This document shows positions 48,941 to 59,178 of a stretch of DNA of 64,000 nucleotides, piece by piece (position 1 is the first letter of the stretch; every line of letters begins with the position of its first letter). The notes under the pieces are model-generated. The model made no database searches. It was not told the origin of the DNA and saw nothing but the letters and a program-made list of their open reading frames with translations. Source of the stretch: an uncultured Solirubrobacteraceae bacterium (GTDB lineage Bacteria; Actinomycetota; Thermoleophilia; Solirubrobacterales; Solirubrobacteraceae); the NCBI GenBank assembly GCA_963789005.1, contig CAWBIZ010000008.1, positions 15,643-79,642 of the forward strand. The letters are read 5' to 3'. Position numbers and translations under genes: made by a program.

Positions 48941-50545
48941 TCAGCTCGCCCGGAAGCGGCGGGCGGCTTCGGTGGCCGGGCGGAGGAGGCGCGGGGCGGC
49001 TCCGGCGGTTCCGAGGATGACTCCCGTGATCGCCGCGATGAGCGCGAGGATCGCGAACAGGAGCGGGGAGATCCCGCCGGGGGTCGGGATCGACGCGATG
49101 CTTGCCGGTGCGGGCGCCGGGGCCGGCTCTATGCGGGCCGGGGGTCCGGCCGACTCGGCCTTCGGGACGGCGGCGAGCGCGGCGGCGAGCGCGGCCTCCG
49201 CTCGCCGGACCGGCTCGCGGAAGGCGGCGAAGCGGCTCCGCCAGCGGTTGGCGGCCGCTCGCTCGAGGTTTGCGTAGGCGGAGCGGGTGCGGGTCAGGCC
49301 GGCGAGCAGCGGCTGGCCTGCCTCGCCCGCCACGGGCCGCAGCGTCGCGGCGGCGGTGGCGTGAGCTGCCGCCAGGCGGCCCGCCGCGCGCGCCTGCGGG
49401 CCGCCGAACGCGGCGCGGGCAAGGGTGGCTCGGTGGGTGCGGCGGTCGCGGTCGAGGCGCTCGACGACCGGCGGCAGGGCAAGCGAGAGCGGGAGCGACG
49501 AAGCCGGCACGAGCGTGCTGGCTCCCGGCACGGCCGCCGCCCGGACCTTCGAGGCGCAGTCGTAGCCCGTCGTGGCCGCCGCGCCCGCGGCGGTGCACGC
49601 GATCGCGAGGACGCCCTCGGTGGTCGCCATCAGCGTGATGTCGGCGCGGGTCGACTCGCCGAGCGCGACGTCGCTGTAGAGCGCCGCCCGCTGGCCGCCG
49701 AGCCGCGTGCCCGCCATCGGCGAGTCGAGCTCCGGGGCGAGCGCGCGCAGGCCGGGCGGCAGCAGCGAGCCGTCGGCGGCCGGCCCGAACTCGGCGATGA
49801 TCCGGACCGACGGACGCGAGCGCACCGTGAAGGCCACGGCCTCGCCACTCTCGAAGCCCGCGACGCCGGAGCGCTCGACGGGGATCGACCGCCACGCGCC
49901 CGGAGCGAGCAGCTGCGCCGGGCCGGTCTGCACGATCCGCTCGGGCGGCGGCGGCGCGGGAGGCGCGGGCTCGGGCGGCGTGGCGACGGTGCCGGCCCAC
50001 GTGCCGGCGAGCGCCGCGAGCGCGAGTGCGGCCACGGCCGCGAGCATGACCGAGCCTCGCCTCGGCCGGGCGCCGCGCGAGCCGCCTACGACCGCGTCGC
50101 TCATCCCTCCGACTCGAAGCTCCCGGAGGAATCGAACGTCTCCTGCGGCGCCGGTGCAGGCGCAGGGCGCCGGCGCGGGCGGCGCCACGTAAGGAGCGGG
50201 AGCGGGGGACGCCGCTCGAGGCGCCGGCTCCGGCTCCGGCGCCGCCTTGACGATCGCCGGAGCGGGCGCGACCCGCCGCTGCACGCGCACGGGTCGAGGC
50301 TTCGGCGGCGCCTTCGGCAGCGGCGCGGTCGCACGCAGACGTCCGGGCCGAGCGATCCCATCGCCGGACACGTCCTCGACGAGCGTCGCGGCCGGCGCGG
50401 GTGGCGGCGCTGCCGCCGGATCGTCGTCAGCGGAAGCCACGGTGACCGCGAACGCCACCGCGAACGGCACCGCCACACTGGCCGCCAGCACGCGCCAGGC
50501 AACCCCCGTCGGGCGTCCTCGCTCGTCGAGCAGCCGCGGGCTCAT
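48941..50545 (-). CDS. Pro/Ala-rich membrane protein(s), hypothetical; possibly two genes (alternative internal start ATG 50104)
   Basis: ATG 50545 overlaps the stop of the upstream ORF as ATGA. Hydrophobic segments: AWRVLAASVAVPFAVAFAVTVA, VMLAAVAALALAALAG and a C-terminal ISPLLFAILALIAAITGVILG. There is a low-GC3 dip around 50105-50150. Confidence 0.5.
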   Translation of the reverse strand: MSPRLLDERGRPTGVAWRVLAASVAVPFAVAFAVTVASADDDPAAAPPPAPAATLVEDVSGDGIARPGRLRATAPLPKAPPKPRPVRVQRRVAPAPAIVKAAPEPEPAPRAASPAPAPYVAPPAPAPCACTGAAGDVRFLRELRVGGMSDAVVGGSRGARPRRGSVMLAAVAALALAALAGTWAGTVATPPEPAPPAPPPPERIVQTGPAQLLAPGAWRSIPVERSGVAGFESGEAVAFTVRSRPSVRIIAEFGPAADGSLLPPGLRALAPELDSPMAGTRLGGQRAALYSDVALGESTRADITLMATTEGVLAIACTAAGAAATTGYDCASKVRAAAVPGASTLVPASSLPLSLALPPVVERLDRDRRTHRATLARAAFGGPQARAAGRLAAAHATAAATLRPVAGEAGQPLLAGLTRTRSAYANLERAAANRWRSRFAAFREPVRRAEAALAAALAAVPKAESAGPPARIEPAPAPAPASIASIPTPGGISPLLFAILALIAAITGVILGTAGAAPRLLRPATEAARRFRAS

Positions 50546-51424
50546 GCCGCCGGACAGGCCGCCGGCTGTCCGCGCCCGGGGTACGAGCAGCGATCGACGC
50601 GCTTCGGCGGGGCGCCGCGCCGGATCGTGATCGTCGTCCACTTGCCGATCCGGTTGGGCTTGCGCACGACGATGTCCAGCTTCGTGCCCGCCCGCAGATG
50701 GCGCTCGTAGGACGACAGCCGCTTCACCCTCGCGGCCCGGGCGAACATTCGCGCGGGGCAGGAGCCGCCATGGCAGCGCACGCTGATCTTCGCGCCGCGC
50801 GGCGCGCGCACCGAGAGCCGCTTGACGTCGGCTCCGGACCCGGTCAGCCGGCCGCTGATGCGGACCACGGGGAACGGGTTCATGACGCGCAGGCCGTCCA
50901 CGACTGGCGGCGGGGTGCCGGGCGCGGGATCCGACGGCGGGTCGAACGGCGTGTCGGCCGGGTCGTCCGGCTTCGTCAGGCTCCGGCTCGGGCTCGGGCG
51001 TCACCGCGATCGGCGGAGTCGGTGCCGCCTTCGGCTGGATGACGGGTGTCGGCGCCGAGCGCTTGCTGACCGAATCCGAAGGCGTGGCCTTGTTGGTCAC
51101 CGTTACGCGGACGCGCAGGACGAAGCCGACGTCCGCGGCCGCCGCCACGTAGGTGCTCGCATTGGCGCCCTGGATCGCGGTGCACGTCTTGACGGCGGTC
51201 GCCGAGCACCGCTGCCACTTCCACGTCACCGTGTGGTTCGCGGGGTCGCCGCTAAAGGTGACGCTCGCGGTGAGCGTCTGCGTCTCCTGGGGGATGCCCG
51301 TGATCGTCGGGCCACCGGTGATCTTGTGGGCGATCGCGCCCGCGGGCACGAGCAGCGCGAGGCCGATCGCGACGGCCGCGGCGATCGAGACCAACCGACC
51401 CTTCCGGGCAATGACTCCCTCCAT
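50542..51424 (-). pseudogene. Secreted Ig-like-domain protein with an apparent frameshift near 50962-51000
   Basis: The N-terminal part (start 51424) has a signal/TM segment and ITGIPQETQTLTASVTFSGDPANHTVTWKWQRC. High GC3 then moves to the frame of ORF 50542..50901, which is open from 51000: ...PDDPADTPFDPPSDPAPGTPPPVVDGLRVMNPFPVVRISGRLTG... Confidence 0.5.
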
Positions 51425-51521
51425 AACGGTGCATCGTCCGGTCTCGATGCCTCCGCGTCCAGCGGTCATACTGGCCGTTGGTTCAGACCGGTCCGAATGT
51501 CGACATGGTCAAACTCGTGGG

Positions 51522-52079
51522 TCAGCCGGCCTGAGCCTGCGCCCGGAGCGCCGCCTTGTGCGCCCGCTTGCCCGCCTGGTACTCGGCCAGCGCCTCCGGC
51601 GAGTCGACGTCGCCGAGCGTCGGATGCTCGGGGACGAGCGGCTCGGCCAGCTCGACGCCGAAGCGCTTGGCGAGCACCGCGGCGACGGCCTTGACCTTCA
51701 TCTCGCCGAACCCCGGCAGCGCCTGCAGGTTCGCCCGCAGCTCCTCCGGACTCGCCGCATCGCCCCACACCCGGCCGGCGTCGCCGTCGTAGCGGTCGAC
51801 CAGATGCGCGGCGAGGGCCTGCACGCGCTTGGCCATCGAGCCCGGGAAGCGGTGGATCGCAGGGCGCTCGCGGAACACCGGCTCGAGGTCGGTCGCGGCC
51901 AGCTGCCCGGCGTCGAGCGCTCCCAGGCGCTCGCGAATCACGAGCGGGCCGGAGAACGCCTTCTGGACGGTGACCTGCTGGTCGAGGACGAAGCCGACGA
52001 GCAGCGCCAGCGGGTCGCGCCCGATCAGCTCGTTGGCCTCGTCGGAGTCGGTGAAGTGGAGGCGGTCGAGGTCGTGCAT
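51522..52079 (-). CDS. HhH-GPD-type base-excision repair family protein
   Basis: Motifs DPLALLVGFVLDQQVTVQKAF and LPGFGEMKVKAV (helix-hairpin-helix). Start ATG 52079. Confidence 0.7.
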   Translation of the reverse strand: MHDLDRLHFTDSDEANELIGRDPLALLVGFVLDQQVTVQKAFSGPLVIRERLGALDAGQLAATDLEPVFRERPAIHRFPGSMAKRVQALAAHLVDRYDGDAGRVWGDAASPEELRANLQALPGFGEMKVKAVAAVLAKRFGVELAEPLVPEHPTLGDVDSPEALAEYQAGKRAHKAALRAQAQAG

Positions 52080-52158
52080 GCTCGCCTCACAGCCTCTCAC
52101 ACGGCGGCGCACGGTATGTTCACGAGCTCAGGGCCGCGGCGTTGCCACGATCGTGCGC

Positions 52159-53724
52159 ATGGCTCGCAAACCAGACACCGAAAGCCGTGCCGCCGCGGTC
52201 GAGGGCGCGGCGATCGCGGACGCGCTGTCCGCCTGGTGGCGCGAGGCCGAGAGCCGGCCGAGCGCGGTCCCCTCGTTCACGGCGTATCCGTTCTCGCTCG
52301 GCGTGGCGTCCGGCGCGCCGCGGCCGGCGAGCGTCGTGCTCTGGACACGTTTGGCCCCGGAGCCGCTGAACGGCGGCGGGCTGGGGCCGGAGACGATCCC
52401 GGTGCGCTGGGAGGTCGCGCACGACGAGCGGTTCGCGCAGCCGGTGCGAAGCGGCTCGGTCGACGCCGTCGCCGCACGCGCGCACAGCGTGCACGTCGAG
52501 GTCACGGGTCTCGAGCCGGCGCGCTGGTACTTCTACCGCTTCACCGCGGGCGCGGAGGTGAGCCCTACCGGCCGCACCCGCACGGCGCCCGCGGCCACCG
52601 CCACGCCGGAGCGCCTGCGCTTCGCCTTCGCCTCGTGCCACAACTTCGAGCACGGTTTCTACGCGGCCCACCGCCACGCGGCGGACGAAGACCTCGAGCT
52701 CGTGGTCTTCCTCGGCGACTACATCTACGAGTCGAGCTCGCCGAGCCCGCAGGCGCGCCGGCACGTCGGCGGCGAGGCGCGGACCCTCGCCGAGTACCGC
52801 ACTCGCCACGCGCAGTACAAGACCGACCCCGATCTTCAGCGCTTGCATGCCGCGGTGCCCTGGCTCGTCACGTGGGACGACCACGAGGTGGACAACAACT
52901 ACGCGCGCGACCGCTCTGAGGCGCTCGATCCGCAGTTCCTCCGCCGCCGCGCCGCCGCCTACCAGGCGTACTTCGAGCACATGCCGCTACCCGAGGCGGC
53001 CCGGCCCGCGGGGAACGCGATGCAACTCCGCGCGCGCTACGACATGGGAAGAATTGCGCGCTTCCACGTGCTCGACGGCCGTCAGCATCGCACGCCGCAG
53101 GCGTGCCCGAGACCCGGGCGGGGCGGGTCCAACGTCGTCGACCGGCGCTGCCGGGAGCTCTTCGCGTCCAGCCGGACGATGCTCGGCACCGCCCAGGAGC
53201 GCTGGCTGATCGACGGCCTCCGGGCCGTGCCGGACCGCTGGAACCTGATCGCCCAGCAGACGGTCGTCGCGCGCACGGCGAGGATCATCGAAGGCCGCCG
53301 GCGCTGGGGGACCGACAGCTGGGACGGCTACCACGCCGCTCGCCGGCGCCTGCTCGACGCGATCGACGCCGGGCGCGTGCGCAGCTGCGTCGTGCTGACG
53401 GGCGACGTGCACGCCAACCTCGTCTCGAACCTGAAGCTCAGGTTCGGTGAGGCGCGAAGCCCGGTCGTGGCGACGGAGCTGTGCGGTACGTCGATCTCCT
53501 CGTTCGGCCCTCCCCAGAGCCGCATGGAGGAGATCCGCGCCGACAACCCCCACGTCCTCTTCGCCGACAGCTCGCGGCGCGGGTACGTGGTCGTCGACCT
53601 GACGCCGGAGCGCTGTGTCGCCACTTTCCGCGTCGTCGACGACCCCGCGGACCCCTTCACCGCCGTCAGCGCGCAGGCGGCGTTCGCGGTCGAGGCCGGA
53701 CGGCCAGGCGCCAAGCCGGCCTGA
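52159..53724 (+). CDS. phoD: Alkaline phosphatase D (PhoD) family
   Basis: Metallophosphatase motifs FASCHNFEHGFY, FLGDYIYE, WDDHEVDNNY and LTGDVH. ATG 52159 lies inside ORF 51829..53724. Confidence 0.85.
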   Translation: MARKPDTESRAAAVEGAAIADALSAWWREAESRPSAVPSFTAYPFSLGVASGAPRPASVVLWTRLAPEPLNGGGLGPETIPVRWEVAHDERFAQPVRSGSVDAVAARAHSVHVEVTGLEPARWYFYRFTAGAEVSPTGRTRTAPAATATPERLRFAFASCHNFEHGFYAAHRHAADEDLELVVFLGDYIYESSSPSPQARRHVGGEARTLAEYRTRHAQYKTDPDLQRLHAAVPWLVTWDDHEVDNNYARDRSEALDPQFLRRRAAAYQAYFEHMPLPEAARPAGNAMQLRARYDMGRIARFHVLDGRQHRTPQACPRPGRGGSNVVDRRCRELFASSRTMLGTAQERWLIDGLRAVPDRWNLIAQQTVVARTARIIEGRRRWGTDSWDGYHAARRRLLDAIDAGRVRSCVVLTGDVHANLVSNLKLRFGEARSPVVATELCGTSISSFGPPQSRMEEIRADNPHVLFADSSRRGYVVVDLTPERCVATFRVVDDPADPFTAVSAQAAFAVEAGRPGAKPA

Positions 53725-53725
53725 G

Positions 53726-55720
53726 TCACGGATGCGGGGTCGGCCAGGCGCGCGAGCCCGGCACGTCACGCTGCTCGCGCGCGCGCCGCTGGAGCCAGGC
53801 GGTCAGCTCCCCTGCCGGCATCGGACGGGCGAGCAGGTGTCCCTGGGCCTCGTCGCAGCCCCACTCGGCCAGCGACCGTCCGGTCTCCTCGTCCTCGACG
53901 CCCTCGGCGACGACGCCCATCCCGAGCCGGCGGCCGAGATCCACCAGCGAGCGGGCGATCGCGGCGTCGCGCGGGTCCTCCGACAGCCGCATCACGAACC
54001 CGCGGTCGATCTTGAGCGTGTCGAGCTTGAGCCGCTTGAGGTGGGAGATTGCGGCGTGGCCGGCCCCGAAGTCGTCGAGCGCGGTGCGCGCGCCGATCGC
54101 GCGCAAGCCGTCGAGCACGTCGGCGGTGCGCTCGACGTCGGTCATCACGACGTCCTCGGACACCTCGAGCACGAGCTGCTCGGCCGGGTAGTCGCGCAGC
54201 TCCAGCAGCCGCTCGACCTCCGACGGCAGGCCGAGGTCCAGCAGGTCGGCCGGCCCGAGGTTGACGGCGACCGTGAGGTCGAACCCGCGCCGGCGGCGCT
54301 CCCCGATCTCGTCGAGCGCGCGGTCGAGCACGAAGGTGGTGAGCGCACGGGTGAGGCCGCTCTGCTCGACGAGCGGCAGGAAGTGCGCCGGGCCGAGCAG
54401 CCCGCGGTCCGGGTGGTCCCAGCGCACCAGCGCCTCGACCCCCGTGACCACCCCCGTGCGCAGGTCCGCCTTCGGCTGGTAGTGCAGGACGAGCTGGCCG
54501 GCCCGCAGCGCGCCGTGCAGCTCGCCGATCAGCAGCAGCCGGTCGCGGCTGTGGCGGTCGCGGGAGGCGAGGTAGACCTCGTGGCCGGTGCGCATCCGCT
54601 TGGCCTCGTACATCGCCACGTCGGCGCGCTGGAGCAGGCCGAGCGCGTCGCGGGAGTGCTCGGGGAAGAGCGCGATGCCGATGCTCGCGTCCACGTGCAG
54701 GCGGATCCCGCCGACGCCGAACGACTGCTCGAGCGCGGCCCGCAACCGCAGGCCGGCGGCGCTGGCCGTGGCCTCGTCGCCGGGCGAGAGCACGACCGCG
54801 AACTCGTCGCCCCCGAGCCGCGCGAGCGTGTCCTGCTCGCGCAGGATCTGGGACAGGCGGGGGCCGATCTGGCGCAGCACCTCGTCGCCGGCGGAGTGGC
54901 CGAGGGTGTCGTTGAGCTCCTTGAAGCCGTCGAGGTCGACCAGCAGGAGCGCGAGCTGGCCGTCGCGGGCCGCGGCGGACTCGATCGCCGCGCCGAGCCG
55001 ATCGATGAGGTGACGCCGGTTGCCGAGGCCGGTCAGGTCGTCGGTGATCGCCTGCCGGTGGCTCTCGCGCAGCCGATCGGTCACGGTCAGGCCGGCGCGC
55101 GCCATGCCGGCCAGGACGGTCGCGATGGCGAGCGCGACGGCCGCCGTGTCGAGGTCGGTGAACTGGCCGACGCCGAGCAGTGCGAGCGCCGCCGAGGCCG
55201 ACAGCAGGATCGCGCCCAGGACGATGCGGCTGAACTCGGGTCCGGGGCCCGCCTGCGGCTCTCGCAGCCAGCCCGCGCCGGCGAGCCCGAAGGCGGCCAG
55301 CGGCGCGATCGCCGGTCCGGCGGCCAGGCCCCCAAGGCCCGCCAGCGCCACCGGCAGCGCCCAGCCGGGACGCCAGCGACTGAGCGCCAACGCGCCGACT
55401 GCGCCGCCGGCGGCCACGGCGGGCGCCGCGCCGCCACCCAGCACCACCGTCAGCGCCGCGGCTGCGGCTCCGCCCATCGCCGCGTCGAGCCACGAGAGCA
55501 GCGTGACCGCCGGGATGCGGTCGACGACCAGCAGCGCCGCGCCGGCCGCGCCCAGTCCGCAGGCGACGATCAGCCCATCCTCGAAGAGCGCGGCCAGCAG
55601 CGCGGCGGCGAAGGCCGCGCACACCGCCCAGTGGCCCCGCGCGAGCGCGGCTGCGGCGCACGCCAAGGCACCCCCTAGCAGCACCACCCCGCTGGCGACG
55701 TCGACGAGCACCGAGCCCAT
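53726..55720 (-). CDS. Integral-membrane GGDEF-EAL c-di-GMP turnover protein
   Basis: About 200-aa multi-TM N-terminus, then RLGGDEFAVVL, EALVRW and DDFGAG. Confidence 0.88.
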   Translation of the reverse strand: MGSVLVDVASGVVLLGGALACAAAALARGHWAVCAAFAAALLAALFEDGLIVACGLGAAGAALLVVDRIPAVTLLSWLDAAMGGAAAAALTVVLGGGAAPAVAAGGAVGALALSRWRPGWALPVALAGLGGLAAGPAIAPLAAFGLAGAGWLREPQAGPGPEFSRIVLGAILLSASAALALLGVGQFTDLDTAAVALAIATVLAGMARAGLTVTDRLRESHRQAITDDLTGLGNRRHLIDRLGAAIESAAARDGQLALLLVDLDGFKELNDTLGHSAGDEVLRQIGPRLSQILREQDTLARLGGDEFAVVLSPGDEATASAAGLRLRAALEQSFGVGGIRLHVDASIGIALFPEHSRDALGLLQRADVAMYEAKRMRTGHEVYLASRDRHSRDRLLLIGELHGALRAGQLVLHYQPKADLRTGVVTGVEALVRWDHPDRGLLGPAHFLPLVEQSGLTRALTTFVLDRALDEIGERRRRGFDLTVAVNLGPADLLDLGLPSEVERLLELRDYPAEQLVLEVSEDVVMTDVERTADVLDGLRAIGARTALDDFGAGHAAISHLKRLKLDTLKIDRGFVMRLSEDPRDAAIARSLVDLGRRLGMGVVAEGVEDEETGRSLAEWGCDEAQGHLLARPMPAGELTAWLQRRAREQRDVPGSRAWPTPHP

Positions 55721-55769
55721 CGTGCCGGAAAGTGCGGGGGAGTACCATCCGGCTCAAGGAGCTGAGCCA

Positions 55770-56231
55770 TTGACCGGGCTGACCGTTGCGTTGCTGGTGA
55801 CCGGCGCCTCGCTGCTGGTCGCCGAGGCGCACTTGGCTTCGTACGGCCTGCTCGGCATCGCCGGTGTGCTCGCGCTGGCCACCGGTGGCGTGCTCGCCGT
55901 CGAGGCCGCGGGTGGCAGCGTGCTCGTGGGCCTTGCGCTCGTGCTGCCGGTCGCGGTGCTGCTGGCCGCGCTCGTGGCGATCGCGGGCCGCAAGGCGCTG
56001 GCCGCGAGCCGGCGCCGGCCGGTCAACGGGCTCGTCGGCCGCGTCGGCGTCGTCCGCCACAGCGTCGAGCCGGTCGGCGACGTGCTCGTCGCCGGCGAGC
56101 TCTGGCGAGCCCGCTGCTCGTGGGACGACGGCGAGCCGCCGCCTCGCGAGGGGGAGCACGTCGTCGTCGAACGCGTGAACGGGCTGACGCTGGCGGTCCG
56201 CCGCGCCGAGGAATGGGAGTTGATGTCATGA
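55770..56231 (+). CDS. NfeD-family membrane protein
   Basis: TTG start at 55770, preceded by AAGGAG. Two or three TM segments are followed by the OB-fold tail [27 protein letters not shown]. Confidence 0.8.
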   Translation: MTGLTVALLVTGASLLVAEAHLASYGLLGIAGVLALATGGVLAVEAAGGSVLVGLALVLPVAVLLAALVAIAGRKALAASRRRPVNGLVGRVGVVRHSVEPVGDVLVAGELWRARCSWDDGEPPPREGEHVVVERVNGLTLAVRRAEEWELMS

Positions 56232-57067
56232 CCGCCGTCACGATCGCGCTGATCCTCGTCGGGACGTTCCTGGCCGCGGCGGTCACGCTGGCGGCCTCCT
56301 CGATCCGGATCCTGCGCGAGTACGAGCGCGCCGTCGTGTTCCGGCTCGGCCGGCTGCTGGGGGAGAAGGGCCCGGGGCTGATCCTCCTGATCCCCGGCGT
56401 CGACCGCATGGTGCGGGTCGACCTTCGCACGGTCACGCTGGCGATCCCGCCGCAGAACCTGATCACGAGCGACAACGTGCCGGCCAAGGTCAACGCCGTC
56501 TGCTACTTCCGCGTGATCGACGCGTCGCGCTCGGTGGTCGACGTCGAGCGCTTCCTGGTGGCCACTTCCCAGATCGCCCAGACGACGCTGCGCTCAGTGC
56601 TCGGCAAGGCCGACCTCGACACGCTGCTGTCCGAGCGCGAGCAGCTCAACGAGGCGCTCCAGCACATCATCGACCAGCACACCGACCCGTGGGGGATCAA
56701 GGTCACGACGGTCGAGATCAAGGACGTCGAGATCCCGACCGCGATGCAGCACGCGATGGCGCTCGGCGCCCAGGCCGAGCGCGAGCGGCGGGCGAAGATC
56801 ATCCACGCCGAGGGCGAGTTCCAGGCCTCCAAGCGGCTGCGCGACGCCGCCGACGTGATCGCCGGCAACCCGGCGGCGCTGCAGCTGCGCTACCTGCAGA
56901 CGCTGACCGAGATCGGGGCGACCCACAACTCCACGGTCGTCTTCCCGCTGCCGATCGACGTCGTCAAGCCGTTCGTCGACGCCGCGGCGGCGCTCCAGCA
57001 GCAGCAGCCGGCGGAGGAGCCGCAGCAGGCCGTCGAGGGCAACGGCCAGGCGACGCTGCCTGCCTAG
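56228..57067 (+). CDS. SPFH/band-7 (stomatin-like) protein
   Basis: N-terminal TM, then [14 protein letters not shown]...LIPGVDRM...D...P. Its ATG overlaps the nfeD stop as ATGA. Confidence 0.9.
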   Translation: MTAVTIALILVGTFLAAAVTLAASSIRILREYERAVVFRLGRLLGEKGPGLILLIPGVDRMVRVDLRTVTLAIPPQNLITSDNVPAKVNAVCYFRVIDASRSVVDVERFLVATSQIAQTTLRSVLGKADLDTLLSEREQLNEALQHIIDQHTDPWGIKVTTVEIKDVEIPTAMQHAMALGAQAERERRAKIIHAEGEFQASKRLRDAADVIAGNPAALQLRYLQTLTEIGATHNSTVVFPLPIDVVKPFVDAAAALQQQQPAEEPQQAVEGNGQATLPA

Positions 57068-59175
57068 CAGGCGCCCGTGTAGCGCACCGCCACCACGCAC
57101 GGCCGCTCGACCGGGCGCCCGCGGGCGATCGACCAGGCGAGGCGGATGTACTGCGCGTGCGTCCAGGCCAGCGGGGTCGCCGACCGGGTGCCTTCGCCCG
57201 CGGGCTCGCTGGTCGGCGGCCGGCCGTCCCAGACCTGCTCGGGCAGCATCAGGCCGTCGTTGGCGGTGCGCGCGATCGTGCGCAGGTGCGGCATCGCGCT
57301 GCGGCCCGCGATCAGCGCGTACTCGCCGCGCTCGCCCGTGAGCAGCGGCCACAGGCGGCCGAACGTCTGCCGCTCGGCGGTCGGGAAGATGTTCCAGTCG
57401 GCGCCCGTCGCGGTCTCGCCGTAGCCGTCGTAGGAGAAGCGGTACCAGACCGGGCCGTTCGGGGTCCGCACGCGCAGCTGGTCGTCGCCGACCGCGAGCG
57501 AGTTGAGGATCACCGGGTCGTCGTGGCGCTTGGCGCCGAACAGCACCAGCCCGAGGAAGGAGTTGTCGACGATCTCGCGCTCATCGACCGGGCGCGGGAA
57601 GTTGTCGCCGAGCGAGTACATCGTGCCGTCGTTCGGGTTGCCGTCCTTGGTCACGCGCACGTAGTACGGCTTCGGCGAGTACGGCCCGTTGGTCGTCGCC
57701 GTCCATGACTCGACCTGGCGCTGCCAGGCATCCGCGGTGGCCTCGTATGTCACCGCCCGTGCGGTGTCGCCGTTGGCGCGCGCGATCTCGGCGGCGCACA
57801 CCAGCCCGGCGATCTCGGCGGCGATCGTGTTCGGCGACCAGCCGCTCTGGTTCTCCCACCGCTCCTGACCGGAGTCCGGCCCGTTCGCGACCACGTAGTC
57901 GGCGGCGAGGCGGACCTGCTCCCAGTCGGCCGCGCCGTGGCGGCCGAGCCACCAGGCGAGCACGATCGGGAGCGAGACCTGGTCCATCTGCTCGGTCATC
58001 CAGCGCGGCTCGCCGTCGACGTGCGTGTTCTGCCAGAACGAGCCGTCGGGCTTCTGCACGCGCCACAGGAAGTCGAGCAACCGCCCTGCGGCAGGCCGGT
58101 CGCCCGCCACCGCCTGGGCGGTCGCGACGTGGTAGAGGTCGCGCGGCCAGACGAGGTGATAGGGCCCGGAGTCGGGACGAGGAGGGTTCTCGAGCGCGAG
58201 CGTGCGCCACACCCACGGCATGCTCGGCGAGGCGATCGAGGCGCCGCGGTTGGCCTTGTCCTCGAGCGCGGCGAGCACCATCATCGACTGCCGGTACAGG
58301 CGGCGCATGTGCCGGTTGCCGCGCACCGGCTTCGGCGGCCGCCGCACCGAGTCCAAATAGCGCTCCCAGCCGCGCGCGTAGCGCCGCGCAGCCGGCTCGA
58401 AGCGACCGCCGACTGTCGCCACGCGCGCGGCGCGCGCGTCGGCCCCGAAGCCGATCGCCAGCGTCAGGTCACGCCGGCGAACGCCGTCGAGCCGCGTCTG
58501 CGCCGCCTGCACGACGTTGCCCGGGGCGGTGGCGTCGTACTGCGCGTCGAGGTCGCCGTCCGCGAGGTCGGCGCGCGGGTCGCTGACCGAGCCGGCGTAG
58601 CCGCTGGTCGTGCGCCGCAGCCGCGGCTCAGCGCGGATCGCCGAGGCGACCGTGTCGTCGAACGCCACCAGATCCGACTGTCGCGAGAACCCGAGGTCGT
58701 CGTCGCCGTCGTTGCCGGGCGCCGGATCGGCGACCACGAACAGCTTCAGCGGTCGGCCGGAGAACGAGCTGAAACGCACGCGCGCGAGCACGGTGGCGCG
58801 GCGCGGATCGGTGATCCAGGTTGCCTCGAGCCGCCAGCCGGCCCCGCGCGTGACCTGGCGGAAGGTGAGCGAGCCGGGGACGGGCTGGACGCTCCCGGTC
58901 CCGGCGAGCTGCCGCCGGCCGTCGGTGACGACGAACTTCAGGTCGCGCAGGCTCGGAGTCGAGAGGTCGGGGTAGTAGACCTCGCTGAGCTCGCTCTGCC
59001 GGAGCGTGAACCACACCGGGCTGCCGGGCTGCATCGCCCCGCCGAAGCCCTGCTTGTCAGCGGGCGCCCACGTGTGCTTCTCGCCGGGGGCGCCGGGAGC
59101 GGGCGGCTTGGCCGCAGCGGCCGCCGGCCAGAAGGCGAGCAGCAGCGCAGCGGCGACGAGGGCGCGAAGCGGCAC
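57064..59175 (-). CDS. Secreted glycoside hydrolase family 15-like (glucoamylase/glucodextranase-type) protein
   Basis: Signal peptide [23 protein letters not shown] beta-rich N-terminal domain is followed by an alpha-barrel region with LVWPRDLYH and [20 protein letters not shown]. Confidence 0.75.
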   Translation of the reverse strand: MPLRALVAAALLLAFWPAAAAAKPPAPGAPGEKHTWAPADKQGFGGAMQPGSPVWFTLRQSELSEVYYPDLSTPSLRDLKFVVTDGRRQLAGTGSVQPVPGSLTFRQVTRGAGWRLEATWITDPRRATVLARVRFSSFSGRPLKLFVVADPAPGNDGDDDLGFSRQSDLVAFDDTVASAIRAEPRLRRTTSGYAGSVSDPRADLADGDLDAQYDATAPGNVVQAAQTRLDGVRRRDLTLAIGFGADARAARVATVGGRFEPAARRYARGWERYLDSVRRPPKPVRGNRHMRRLYRQSMMVLAALEDKANRGASIASPSMPWVWRTLALENPPRPDSGPYHLVWPRDLYHVATAQAVAGDRPAAGRLLDFLWRVQKPDGSFWQNTHVDGEPRWMTEQMDQVSLPIVLAWWLGRHGAADWEQVRLAADYVVANGPDSGQERWENQSGWSPNTIAAEIAGLVCAAEIARANGDTARAVTYEATADAWQRQVESWTATTNGPYSPKPYYVRVTKDGNPNDGTMYSLGDNFPRPVDEREIVDNSFLGLVLFGAKRHDDPVILNSLAVGDDQLRVRTPNGPVWYRFSYDGYGETATGADWNIFPTAERQTFGRLWPLLTGERGEYALIAGRSAMPHLRTIARTANDGLMLPEQVWDGRPPTSEPAGEGTRSATPLAWTHAQYIRLAWSIARGRPVERPCVVAVRYTGAC

Positions 59176-59178
59176 GGG

